NCBI GenBank assembly: GCA_016202605.1
Contig: JACQOJ010000145.1
Location: forward strand, 1-61,450
Length of the DNA: 61,450 bases
Origin: Betaproteobacteria bacterium
Lineage (GTDB): Bacteria > Pseudomonadota > Gammaproteobacteria > Burkholderiales > SG8-41
Direction of reading: 5' to 3'
The notes under the pieces are model-generated. The model was not told the origin of the DNA, searched no databases, and saw only the letters and a list, made by a program, of their open reading frames with translations. Shown piece after piece: positions 38,719 to 47,972 of the stretch. The stretch's first letter is position 1. The number at the start of each line of letters is the position of its first letter. Position numbers and translations under genes: made by a program.

Positions 38719-38850
38719 TCAACAATAAAACGAGTTGGAGAAATTGATGAGCAACTCGGGGCTCAGGTAACCTTTGAATCCGAGATAGGTGATGATCACC
38801 GCAAGCGCGGCAAGCAGCATCCACACGATTATCTTTTGAAGCTGGGTCAT
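38719..38850 (-). CDS. 43-aa single-TM microprotein ending in Cys
   Basis: Below the ORF-track cutoff. Hand translation gives MTQLQKIIVWMLLAALAVIITYLGFKGYLSPELLINFSNSFYC*, a clean ATG..TGA frame in an otherwise empty gap. Confidence 0.65.
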   Translation of the reverse strand: MTQLQKIIVWMLLAALAVIITYLGFKGYLSPELLINFSNSFYC

Positions 38851-39012
38851 GGTGTGTCGACCCGAATCCATCGCGCTCCTGTCGCCCGGACGTACGCCGG
38901 CCGATGTCGGGCGGATTATGGCACAAAATCATCGCGACGGGCGGCACGACACTGCTGCAGGCGCGTTGCCGCCTGGCCGGTGGGCGGCGGCATAACCATA
39001 GAACGCATCGCT

Positions 39013-39042
39013 GTGAAACGCGCGGGGCCGCATTGGTATAAT
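39013..39042 (+). promoter_or_regulatory. Putative sigma70 promoter for the large oxidoreductase
   Basis: GTGAAA-N18-TATAAT with extended -10 (TGGTATAAT). Confidence 0.55.
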
Positions 39043-39074
39043 TCCGTGTTTTTACCGTTTCCAGTTCAGGCATT

Positions 39075-42000
39075 TTGACTGCGACCACCGTTCCGGTTCC
39101 CGCGTCGGGCTTGGCGTTCGATGATCTGTACCGCCGTGAGGGACTGATCCTTCTCGACCGGCAGTTTCTTGGGCATCTCGAGCGACACGACCTCGAATTG
39201 CTCGAGCGGCTGCGCGCGGCCCGCGAAAATCCCGCCGCGCTTTCATCGGGGCAGGAGTCGGAACTGCTGCTGGCGCTTGCGCCGCACCTTGATGAATTTG
39301 TCGCGCACCTGTTCGACATCGAGCACGAGGTACGTGCGCTCACGGCGGCCCACCATGAGCGCGCGGTTCTCTACAGCGTCAAGCGCCTGTTCGTGCAACG
39401 CAAGGCGATGCACAGGATCAAGGCGGAAGAGGCGGAGCGGACCGACGGCGAGGACCTTGCGGCTGACCTCGAAACGAGGTTCGGCGAGCCGCTGACCGAA
39501 CTGTCGTTCGCGCGCCACGTTTCCATGTGGCAGGAGGACGAGGGAACGCATGCCGCGGGACTTGACGTGGCGCTGCGCTACGCCGCCTGGGCTGCGTTCT
39601 CCGCAGCCGGTCGTCGCAAGCATCGCGATGGCGTGCTTTTCAAGGCGCCGCATAAACTGGACCCGCTGCGCCTGGTGCCGGTGATTGCGGACCAGGCGCA
39701 AGGCTACACCCGTTACCGCCTGGGGGCCGAGCACCTGCGCCGCCGGGAGGGGTTCAAGCTCACCGACCCGGGCATGGATCTCACCGGCGCGCTCGATCAG
39801 GCGCACTATTGCATCTGGTGCCACGAGCAGGGCAAGGATTCGTGCTCGAAGGGGCTGAAAGAGAAGGGAGCGGCCGGCCGCGGGAGCGCTTCGTTCAAGA
39901 AGTCCCGGTTCGGCGTCACTCTCGCCGGTTGCCCCCTGGAGGAGAAGATTTCCGAGTTCCACAAGGCCAAGGCCGAGGGATACGCCATCGGGGCGCTCGC
40001 CATCATCGCGGTCGACAATCCTCTTGCGGCAGTGACCGGCCACCGCATCTGTAACGACTGCATGAAGTCGTGCATCTACCAGAAGCAGGAGCCCGTCGAT
40101 ATCCCGCAGGCCGAAACCCGAACGCTGAAGGATGTTCTTGAACTGCCGTGGGGTTTCGAGATCTACGGCCTGCTCACGCGCTGGAATCCGCTCAACCTGC
40201 GCACGCCGTATCCTAAAGCGCCGACCGCGAAGCGGGTGCTGATCGCCGGCATGGGACCCGCAGGATTCTCCCTTGCGCATTTCCTGATGAACGATGGCCA
40301 CTTCGTGGCCGGCATCGACGGGCTCAAGATCGAACCATTGCCGCCGCGGATTTCCGGTGTGGACGCACGGGGCAGGCGCGGGGCATTCGAGCCGATCCGC
40401 GACGTGCGAGAACTCTACGAAGAACTTGACGAGCGGGTCATGGCGGGATTCGGCGGGGTGGCCGAGTACGGCATCACCGTGCGGTGGGACAAGAATTTCC
40501 TGAAGATCGTGCGGCTGCTGCTGGAGCGCAGGCGGGAATTCGTGCTGTTCGGCGGGATCCGCTTTGGCGGTACGCTGACGGTCGACGAAGCCTTCGCGAT
40601 CGGTTTCGACCACGTGGCGCTTGCGGTCGGCGCAGGCCGACCCACCATGCTCGACATGCCCGATGGTCTTGCGCGCGGCGTGCGGGCCGCCTCGGATTTC
40701 CTGATGGGCCTGCAGCTGACCGGCGCGGCAAAGGCGGACTCGATCGCGAACATGCAGCTCAGGCTGCCGGTGGTGGTAATCGGAGGCGGCCTGACCGCCA
40801 TCGACACCGCCACAGAGTCGCTTGCCTACTATCCGCTGCAGGTTGAGAAATTTCTGCAGCGCTACGAACTGCTTGCGCGCAAGCATGGCGAAGCCGCCGC
40901 GCGCATCGCATGGACCGAAGAAGAGCGGAAAATCGCCGACGAATTTCTGGCGCACGCGCGCGCGATCCGGACGGAACTCCAGTCCGCCTCCGCGGAGGGA
41001 CGCGCGCCCGGCGTGCTGGAATTGCTGCAAAGCTGGGGCGGCGTGACCATCGCTTACCGCAAACGGTTGATCGACAGCCCGTCCTACACGCTGAATCACG
41101 AAGAAGTGCGGAAAGCGCTGGAAGAAGGTATTCGCTTCGCCGAGGGACTGGCTCCGCTCAGGATCGAAGTGGACGAGTACGGGCATGTCCGTGCGGTGAA
41201 AATGTCGGTGCAAGCCCGGAGCGCAGACGGCAACTGGATTGAAACGGGCCAAATCACACTGCCGGCACGGACCGTCCTGATCGCGGCCGGCACGCAGCCC
41301 AATACCGTGCTTGCGCGCGAGGATGCCGCCAACTTCAAGCTCGACGGGCGCTACTTCCAGGCAGTGGACGAAGCGGGCAGGCCCGCCCCGGCCGAGAAGG
41401 CGATATCGAAACCGAACGACGTCAGGGTGCTGCTTGCAAAGCGCGATGACGGACGTTACATGAGCTACTTTGGTGACGTGCACCCGTCGTTCTTCGGCAA
41501 CGTCGTGAAAGCGATCGGGAGCGCGAAACAGGGCTATCCCGTCGTGAGCAATGTGCTCGCGAACGTGAAACCGGCGTCGGAGATGAACGACGAACAGTTC
41601 GGCGCGCACCTCAACGACGAACTGCGCGTAACCGTGCACCGGGTCGAACGCCTGACGCCGATGATCGTGGAAGTCGTGGTGCGCGCGCCGCTCGCCGCCC
41701 GCCGCTTTCGCCCCGGGCAGTTCTACCGTCTGCAGAACTACGATGCCGTTGCCCCCCGAGTCGAAGGCTCGCGGCTCGCCATGGAAGGGATTGCCCTGAC
41801 CGGGGCATGGGTCGATGTCGAACGGGGCCTCATCTCGACCGTCGTGCTGGAAATGGGCGGGGCAAGCGACCTGTGCATACTGCTCAGACCAGGCGAGCCG
41901 GTGGTGTTGATGGGGCCGACCGGTACGCCGACCGAAATTCCTTCCGGTGAGACGGTTGTGCTGGCGGGCGGCGGTCTGGGCAATGCAGTGCTGTTCTCGA

Positions 42001-42605
42001 TCGGTCAGGCGATGCGCCGGGCGCGATGCCGGGTGCTGTATTTCGCCGGGTACAAGCACATGACCGATCGCTACAAGATCGCGGAAATCGAAGCCGCGGC
42101 GGACGTGGTGGTGTGGTGCTGCGACGAAGAGCCGGGGTTCACGCCCGACCGGCCACAGGACAAGGCCTTTGTGGGCAATATCGTGCAGGGCATGCATGCG
42201 TACGCAAGCGGGGCGCTGAACGGCCAGCCGATTCCCTTCAGGGACGCCGAGCGCATCATCGCCATCGGTTCGGACCGCATGATGGGCGCGGTGGCGCGCG
42301 CGCGGCACGACCTGTTGAAGCCCTTCCTCAAGCCGCATCACCTGGCCATCGGATCCATCAACTCACCGATGCAGTGCATGATGAAGGAAATCTGCGCCCA
42401 ATGCCTGCAGCCCCATGTCGATCCGCGGACCGGCAAGACGAGCTATGTCTTCTCGTGCTTCAACCAGGATCAGCCCCTGGACTGCGTCGACTGGAATGCG
42501 CTCGAGGCGCGTCTCAAGCAAAACTCGACCCAGGAGAAGCTCACCGCCGAATGGATCGACCACTGTCTGGTCAAGCTCGGCGCGCGCGAGGTGCAGCGAA
42601 TATGA
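39075..42605 (+). CDS. Fused flavin/FeS oxidoreductase: GltD/NfnB/PreT-like module + PyrK/NfnA(FNR)-like module
   Basis: N-terminal module: CIWC..DSC..GCP and GHRICNDCMKSC FeS motifs, AGMGPAG FAD motif, VIGGGLTAID NADP motif. C-terminal module: FRPGQFYRL, GPTG, AGGGLG, and CMMKEICAQC..FSC ([2Fe-2S]-type). TTG start. Confidence 0.85.
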   Translation: MTATTVPVPASGLAFDDLYRREGLILLDRQFLGHLERHDLELLERLRAARENPAALSSGQESELLLALAPHLDEFVAHLFDIEHEVRALTAAHHERAVLYSVKRLFVQRKAMHRIKAEEAERTDGEDLAADLETRFGEPLTELSFARHVSMWQEDEGTHAAGLDVALRYAAWAAFSAAGRRKHRDGVLFKAPHKLDPLRLVPVIADQAQGYTRYRLGAEHLRRREGFKLTDPGMDLTGALDQAHYCIWCHEQGKDSCSKGLKEKGAAGRGSASFKKSRFGVTLAGCPLEEKISEFHKAKAEGYAIGALAIIAVDNPLAAVTGHRICNDCMKSCIYQKQEPVDIPQAETRTLKDVLELPWGFEIYGLLTRWNPLNLRTPYPKAPTAKRVLIAGMGPAGFSLAHFLMNDGHFVAGIDGLKIEPLPPRISGVDARGRRGAFEPIRDVRELYEELDERVMAGFGGVAEYGITVRWDKNFLKIVRLLLERRREFVLFGGIRFGGTLTVDEAFAIGFDHVALAVGAGRPTMLDMPDGLARGVRAASDFLMGLQLTGAAKADSIANMQLRLPVVVIGGGLTAIDTATESLAYYPLQVEKFLQRYELLARKHGEAAARIAWTEEERKIADEFLAHARAIRTELQSASAEGRAPGVLELLQSWGGVTIAYRKRLIDSPSYTLNHEEVRKALEEGIRFAEGLAPLRIEVDEYGHVRAVKMSVQARSADGNWIETGQITLPARTVLIAAGTQPNTVLAREDAANFKLDGRYFQAVDEAGRPAPAEKAISKPNDVRVLLAKRDDGRYMSYFGDVHPSFFGNVVKAIGSAKQGYPVVSNVLANVKPASEMNDEQFGAHLNDELRVTVHRVERLTPMIVEVVVRAPLAARRFRPGQFYRLQNYDAVAPRVEGSRLAMEGIALTGAWVDVERGLISTVVLEMGGASDLCILLRPGEPVVLMGPTGTPTEIPSGETVVLAGGGLGNAVLFSIGQAMRRARCRVLYFAGYKHMTDRYKIAEIEAAADVVVWCCDEEPGFTPDRPQDKAFVGNIVQGMHAYASGALNGQPIPFRDAERIIAIGSDRMMGAVARARHDLLKPFLKPHHLAIGSINSPMQCMMKEICAQCLQPHVDPRTGKTSYVFSCFNQDQPLDCVDWNALEARLKQNSTQEKLTAEWIDHCLVKLGAREVQRI

Positions 42606-42732
42606 TCGACATGGCGCCAAGACTGGACCGGGTTCCTGCTGCGGACTTCGTCCGGGACAGACCGGGTACGACCATCTCCGAGCCGGCGCGCGTACTGCGC
42701 GCCGCGTGTAGTCGATAAAACGAGGGAAACTG

Positions 42733-44061
42733 TCAGTCGCGCCCGATTTCGCGCAGCGCGGCGCCGATGGTTCCCACGAGTTCATCGATCTGCTGCCTGC
42801 TGATGATGAGCGGCGGGGACAGCGCGATGATGTCGCCCGTCGTCCGGACCAGCACGCCCTTCTCGTAGCAGCGCAGGAAGGCCTGGAAGGCGCGGCTCGC
42901 GGGGGCTCCGGGCCTGGGCTCGAGCTCGATGCCCGCGACCAATCCCATGTTGCGGATATCGATGACGTGGGGCATCTCGCGCAGAGAATGCACCGCATCT
43001 TCGAAATAAGACGCCAATTCCCGCGCCCGTCCGAACAATTGCTCCTCCTCGAACACATCCAGGCTCGCCTCGGCTGCCGCCGTGGCCAGGGGGTGTCCAG
43101 AGTAAGTGTAGCCATGGAAGAGCTCGATCACCGCTGACGGTGCGGAATCGACGACGGCATCGTAGATCCCGCGCCGGACGATAACCGCGCCCATGGGCAC
43201 CGCGCCGTTGGTGATCCCCTTGGCGACGGTAATCATGTCGGGCAGGACTCCGACGGCCTCGGCGGCAAAACAGGGCCCGGTACGTCCAAACCCCGTGATG
43301 ACCTCGTCGAAGATGAGCAGCAGCCCGTGCCGGTCGCAAATCGCGCGCAGCCGCTCGAGATAGCCCTTGGGAGGGATCAGCACGCCGGTCGATCCCGCCA
43401 TCGGCTCGACGATGACGGCGGCGATATTGGAAGCGTCGTGCAAGGCGATTATCCGTTGTTCGAGTTCGTCGGCGAGATGCGCGCCCCAGCCGGGTTGACC
43501 GCGGCTGAAGGCGTTCTCCTGCGGATTGTGGGTATGCGCGAGGTGGTCGACGCGGAACAACATGTTCCCGAAGACCTTCCGGTTGGCCGGTATGCCGCCG
43601 ACCGACATGCCCCCGAATCCTGCGCCGTGATAACCGCGCTCGCGGCCGACCAGGACCGTGCGGTGACCCTCGCCGCGCGCCCGGTGATAGGCGAGGGCGA
43701 TCTTGAGCGCGCTGTCCACCGCCTCCGAGCCGGAATTGGCGAAGAAGACGTGGTCAAGATCGCCCGGAGCGAGCTTCGCGACCCGCTCGGCGACCCGAAA
43801 CGCGCCCGGATGCCCCATCTGGAATGCGGGACTGTAATCCATGGTTTCCGCCTGCCTCTTGATCGCTTCAACGATTTTCGGGCGGCAATGTCCGGCGTTG
43901 ACACACCACAGGCCGGCTGTGCCGTCCAGCACCTTGCGTCCATCTTCGGTGAGGTAATGCATGTCCGCGGCGCCCACGAACATGCGCGGGGCCGCCTTGA
44001 ACTGGCGGTTGGCGGTGAAGGGCATCCAGTAAGCGTCGAGATCGTAATCTCCCGGGTTCAT
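42733..44061 (-). CDS. Omega-amino acid:pyruvate (beta-alanine-type) aminotransferase, class III PLP enzyme
   Basis: WMPFTANRQFK, DGTAGLWCVNAGH, SGSEAVD, FDEVITGFGRTG, AKGITNG and FHGYTYSGHP motifs. Confidence 0.9.
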   Translation of the reverse strand: MNPGDYDLDAYWMPFTANRQFKAAPRMFVGAADMHYLTEDGRKVLDGTAGLWCVNAGHCRPKIVEAIKRQAETMDYSPAFQMGHPGAFRVAERVAKLAPGDLDHVFFANSGSEAVDSALKIALAYHRARGEGHRTVLVGRERGYHGAGFGGMSVGGIPANRKVFGNMLFRVDHLAHTHNPQENAFSRGQPGWGAHLADELEQRIIALHDASNIAAVIVEPMAGSTGVLIPPKGYLERLRAICDRHGLLLIFDEVITGFGRTGPCFAAEAVGVLPDMITVAKGITNGAVPMGAVIVRRGIYDAVVDSAPSAVIELFHGYTYSGHPLATAAAEASLDVFEEEQLFGRARELASYFEDAVHSLREMPHVIDIRNMGLVAGIELEPRPGAPASRAFQAFLRCYEKGVLVRTTGDIIALSPPLIISRQQIDELVGTIGAALREIGRD

Positions 44062-44188
44062 GACGAAGTCCTCATTTGAGATGGAGTGCGGAACCGAACG
44101 CTATTTTGCCAGCATGGGGACCTGCAGTCATCCGCGAGGTCGCGGCGTTGGCGTCATTCCAGGCGCTGCGTGCTAACATCGCGGCAGC

Positions 44189-45031
44189 ATGACACGACAC
44201 ATCGTGTGCCTCACGTTCGACTTCGACGCCATGTCGGGCTGGATCGCGCGCGGAATGACCTCACCGACCCCGGTCTCGCGCGGCGAGTTCGGTCCCGACG
44301 TGGCGCTGCCGCGCATCCTGGCCCTCCTCGGAAAATACGGCATCGAGTCGTCCTGGTACGTCCCGGGGCACACCCTCGAAACCTATCCTGACGAGTGCCG
44401 GAGGGTTTTCGACGCCGGCCACGAGATCGGGCATCACGGCTGGACGCATCGCCCGCCGGCGAGCCTGTCCGCCGGGCAGGAAGAAGAAGAACTCGTCCGC
44501 GCCAACGAGCAGATCAGGAAACTCACGGGCCGATACGCGCGTGGCTACCGTTCCCCTTCGTGGGATCTTTCCTCCCACTCGGTCCCGTTGCTCCTCAAGC
44601 ACGGTTTCGTGTACGACAGCACCATGATGGCGGACGATTACACCCCTTACTACGTGCGCCAGGGTGACGTTATCGAGCTCGAGAAGCCGGCTGCCTTCGG
44701 CAATTTGACCGGGCTGCTCGAAATGCCCATAAGCTGGACGCTGGACGACTTCCCGCATTTCGAGTTCATACGCACGCCTACCTGGATCCTGCAGGGATTG
44801 ATGAACGCGAACAACGTCGCCGCCAACTGGGTCGACGATTTTATGTACCTCAAGAGCAATCTGGACTGGGGTGTCGTCACCTACACTTTCCACCCGTTCG
44901 TGATCGGTCGGGGTCACCGCATGATGGCTTTGGAGAAGCTGGTTCGGGCGCTCAAGGACAACGGCGCGGTGTTCGCGAAAGTGGAAGACGCCGCCGCGGA
45001 GTACATGCGGCGCCCGCCTCGAGGCAAATAG
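44189..45031 (+). CDS. Polysaccharide deacetylase (CE4) family protein, PuuE/H. pylori PgdA-like subgroup
   Basis: TFDFD, HEIGHHGWTH, GYRSPSW, YDST, LDDFPHF and FHPFVIGR motifs. No signal peptide. Confidence 0.85.
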   Translation: MTRHIVCLTFDFDAMSGWIARGMTSPTPVSRGEFGPDVALPRILALLGKYGIESSWYVPGHTLETYPDECRRVFDAGHEIGHHGWTHRPPASLSAGQEEEELVRANEQIRKLTGRYARGYRSPSWDLSSHSVPLLLKHGFVYDSTMMADDYTPYYVRQGDVIELEKPAAFGNLTGLLEMPISWTLDDFPHFEFIRTPTWILQGLMNANNVAANWVDDFMYLKSNLDWGVVTYTFHPFVIGRGHRMMALEKLVRALKDNGAVFAKVEDAAAEYMRRPPRGK

Positions 45032-45047
45032 CCGCTGGGGTCGCGCG

Positions 45048-46565
45048 GTGATCGGCCGCCTCGCATTCCTGTGTCTGTTTCCCGTATGCGTCTGGGCCCA
45101 GGATACTTTCGGGATCGGGTCCAAGCGCTTCACCGAATCATATATTCTCGGAGAAATAGTCGCCCAGACCATTAGCGCGGCAGGCGAGGCGCGCGCAGTC
45201 CACTGGCAGGGGATGGGCAATACGGCGATTCTTTTCGCCGCGCTGAAAAGCGGGGCCATCCACGCCTATCCGGAATACACCGGCACCATCGCCTTCGAGC
45301 TTCTCGGGCTGACCGGCGTGCCGGATCTCCAGGCACTCGACGCTGAGCTGGCCCGGCATGGTCTCGCAGCGGGTATCCCATTCGGATTTGACAATACCTA
45401 CGCACTCGCGATCACCACCCGACAAGCGGCCACTCTCGGGGTCACGACAATCTCTGACCTTGTGTCCCATTCCGGGCTCAAGTTCGGCCTGTCGCAGGAA
45501 TTCCTGAACCGCAGGGACGGGTGGCCAGCCCTGCGGAAAGCCTACGGCCTGACCGCGGTTCCGCGCGGACTTGACCACGGTCTCGCCTATGAAGCCCTTG
45601 CCGCGGGGCATATCGACGTGCTGGACGTCTATTCGACGGATGCCAAGATAGGGCGCTACCGGCTCAAGGTGCTCGTGGATGATCGGCGGTTTTTCCCGGC
45701 ATACGATGCCCTGATCCTGTATCGCCGGGAGGTCCCGCAGCGCTTTCCGCGCTCATGGGAGGCGCTCAAGCGCCTCGAAGGCCGCATTTCCGCGGGACAG
45801 ATGATTGCAATGAACGACGCCGCGGAACTTGCGGCGGTCCCGTTTTCAAAAGTGGCTGCCGACTTTCTGGCCGCACCGCAAGGGACTCGCCGGCCGGTGC
45901 CGCCGGACAGTCGGCGATCCTTCGCCGCGGCGCTGTCTGGCGACGATTTCTGGCCGCTCACCGCGCAGCATTTCATGCTGGTGTTCGTCGCGCTTGGGCT
46001 CAGCACGGCGATCGGCGTTCCTCTGGGTATCTGGGCCGAGCGCAGACCGGCCGTGCGATGGTGGATCCTCGGCGCGGTGGGCGTGCTGCAGACCGTCCCG
46101 GCGCTGGCGCTGCTGGCATTCCTGATCGCGACTCTGGACCGCATCGGCACGCTGCCGGCCGTCATTGCGTTGTTCCTGTACGGCCTGCTGCCGATCGTGC
46201 GCAACACGGAAGCGGGGCTTGCTGAGGTCTCTCCGGTGCTCAAGGAGTCCGCGGCCGCGCTCGGTCTGCCAGCCCGGGTGCGGTTGACGCTGATCGAAAT
46301 TCCGCTTGCGGCACGCACCATTCTGGCCGGCGTCAAGACCTCGGCGGTCATCAACGTCGGCACCGCGACCATAGCGGCGTTCATCGGTGCCGGCGGTTAC
46401 GGCGAGCGCATCGTTGCCGGACTCGCCGTTAACGATCACGCGCTGTTGCTTGCCGGCGCCGTACCCGCGGCGTGCATGGCGCTGCTTATCGAGGGAAGTT
46501 TTGCCGCAATCGACCGCTGGGCGATTCCACGGTTTCCTGGGCGAGGGCGGCGCGCCCCGGGTTAG
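45048..46565 (+). CDS. Betaine/osmoprotectant-type ABC transporter, substrate-binding domain fused to permease
   Basis: Signal peptide, then GSKRFTESYILGE, YPEYTGT, NTYAL and DVYSTD (OpuAC/OsmF-like), then TM helices with LQTVPALAL, EAA-like ESAAALG and IGAGGYG. Confidence 0.88.
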   Translation: MIGRLAFLCLFPVCVWAQDTFGIGSKRFTESYILGEIVAQTISAAGEARAVHWQGMGNTAILFAALKSGAIHAYPEYTGTIAFELLGLTGVPDLQALDAELARHGLAAGIPFGFDNTYALAITTRQAATLGVTTISDLVSHSGLKFGLSQEFLNRRDGWPALRKAYGLTAVPRGLDHGLAYEALAAGHIDVLDVYSTDAKIGRYRLKVLVDDRRFFPAYDALILYRREVPQRFPRSWEALKRLEGRISAGQMIAMNDAAELAAVPFSKVAADFLAAPQGTRRPVPPDSRRSFAAALSGDDFWPLTAQHFMLVFVALGLSTAIGVPLGIWAERRPAVRWWILGAVGVLQTVPALALLAFLIATLDRIGTLPAVIALFLYGLLPIVRNTEAGLAEVSPVLKESAAALGLPARVRLTLIEIPLAARTILAGVKTSAVINVGTATIAAFIGAGGYGERIVAGLAVNDHALLLAGAVPAACMALLIEGSFAAIDRWAIPRFPGRGRRAPG

Positions 46566-46684
46566 GCCCCGATGCTCCCGCGGCGGCGGTCCGGCCCCTT
46601 CCGGTGACGCTCCATGGCGCAGGGGCGGGACAGGCCGCCGCACGGCGAACCGATTCGTGCCGGCCGCAGGCCGCGGCTCCGGGT

Positions 46685-46711
46685 GAACTATTTTTGCGCT
46701 GTCCTGTCAGT
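46685..46711 (+). promoter_or_regulatory. Putative sigmaE-dependent (autoregulatory) promoter of rpoE
   Basis: GAACTA-N16-TCAGT resembles the GAACTT-N16-TCnaa ECF consensus. A separate TATACT -10-like box lies at 46758-46763. Confidence 0.5.
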
Positions 46712-46830
46712 GGATTAACGATCGGTCTTCGCGCTCCACCGAAACGGGCGGGCCGGGTATACTGTACGCTTTGTCCGACCGGCAAAGCCGCTCGACTTGG
46801 ATAACAAAATCAAGGTCAGGGATGGGTTCG

Positions 46831-47430
46831 ATGAGCGATCGCGAGGTCGATCAGCAATTGGTCGAGCGCGCGCAGCGCGGCGACAAGCATGCCTTCGAGT
46901 TGCTGGTGATCAAGTACCAGCGCAAGCTCGGGCGGTTGCTATCGCGCTTCATCCGTGATTCGACCGAGGTCGAGGACGTTACCCAGGAGGCGTTCGTCAA
47001 GGCCTATCGCGCTTTGCCGACATTCCGGGGTGACAGCGCGTTCTATACGTGGCTGTACCGGATTGGCATCAACACCGCGAAGAATTATCTGGTGGCGATG
47101 GGGCGGCGGGCGCCGACGACCACGGAGGTTCAAAGTGACGAGGCGGAGAATTTCGAGGACGGAGACCAGCTGCGTGATCTGAACACCCCGGAAAACCAGC
47201 TGATGAGCCGCCAGGTCGCGGAGACGGTGAACCAAACGCTGGAAGAGTTGCCAGAGGAATTGCGGACGGCGATCACGTTGCGCGAGATCGAAGGTCTCAG
47301 CTACGAGGACATCGCGAACATCATGAATTGCCCGATCGGCACGGTGCGGTCGAGGATTTTCCGGGCACGCGAGGCGATAGCCGAGAAATTGAGGCCGCTG
47401 CTCGGTACGCGCAAGGACAGGAGATGGTGA
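46831..47430 (+). CDS. rpoE: ECF sigma factor RpoE
   Basis: DQQLVERAQRGD, FRGDSAFYTWLYRIGINTAKN and PIGTVRSRIFRARE motifs. Start at 46822 or 46831. Confidence 0.97.
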   Translation: MSDREVDQQLVERAQRGDKHAFELLVIKYQRKLGRLLSRFIRDSTEVEDVTQEAFVKAYRALPTFRGDSAFYTWLYRIGINTAKNYLVAMGRRAPTTTEVQSDEAENFEDGDQLRDLNTPENQLMSRQVAETVNQTLEELPEELRTAITLREIEGLSYEDIANIMNCPIGTVRSRIFRAREAIAEKLRPLLGTRKDRRW

Positions 47431-47431
47431 C

Positions 47432-47959
47432 ATGGACAGGATATCGGCGTTGATGGACGGCGAACTCGACGAAGGGCAGGCGCGCCGGGAAATCGGCCGG
47501 CTCCGCGAGGATGCCGAATTGCGCGAGCGCTGGGAAAGTTTTCATCTGATCGGGGATGCGATGCGCGGTGAACGCCTGTTGTCGCCCGCCATGATGCAGC
47601 GTCTGGCCGAACGACTCGCCCACGAACCGATTGTTCTGGCGCCGCGTCGCGGCACGGCGAGGAAGATTGCCGCTTATGCTCTGTCAGCCGCGGCGTCGAT
47701 TTCCGCGGTGGCGCTGGTCGGCTGGGTCGCGCTTGGCACGAACGACGTGGGCACCGCGCGTGAAGTCGTCCGTGCTCCCGCTCCAACACTGGTCGTTCCG
47801 GTGCCGGCGCCCGCGCCGCAGGTTGCGAACGTTCCGAACGACGGGAACATGAACGAGTACATCCTCGCGCATCAAGGCTTCTCGCCAAGCACGGCCCTTC
47901 AGGGCGTGGTGCCGTACATTCGCAGCGTGTCATCCAGACAGCCGGCGCACAACCGCTGA
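47432..47959 (+). CDS. rseA: Anti-sigmaE factor RseA/MucA
   Basis: ISALMDGEL, W..FHLIGDAMR, TM helix, YILAHQ; directly follows rpoE. Confidence 0.9.
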   Translation: MDRISALMDGELDEGQARREIGRLREDAELRERWESFHLIGDAMRGERLLSPAMMQRLAERLAHEPIVLAPRRGTARKIAAYALSAAASISAVALVGWVALGTNDVGTAREVVRAPAPTLVVPVPAPAPQVANVPNDGNMNEYILAHQGFSPSTALQGVVPYIRSVSSRQPAHNR

Positions 47960-47972
47960 TTCCGGCAGCCGT

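Noticed and set aside
38617-39078. 153-aa plus-strand ORF between folD and the oxidoreductase
   Set aside because: No motifs, and it runs across a likely promoter. The 43-aa minus-strand ORF is the more credible gene here.
39243-42341. 1032-aa antisense ORF (also the long antisense ORFs 5278-7719, 21524-23038, 47301-48869 and 59251-60987)
   Set aside because: They lie opposite well-supported genes and have no recognisable motifs. Long stop-free shadow frames are expected in high-GC coding DNA.
46760-46775. Possible LexA box (CTGT...) upstream of rpoE, and a similar CTGT near 59233 in uvrC
   Set aside because: Neither has the matching ACAG half-site of CTGT-N8-ACAG.
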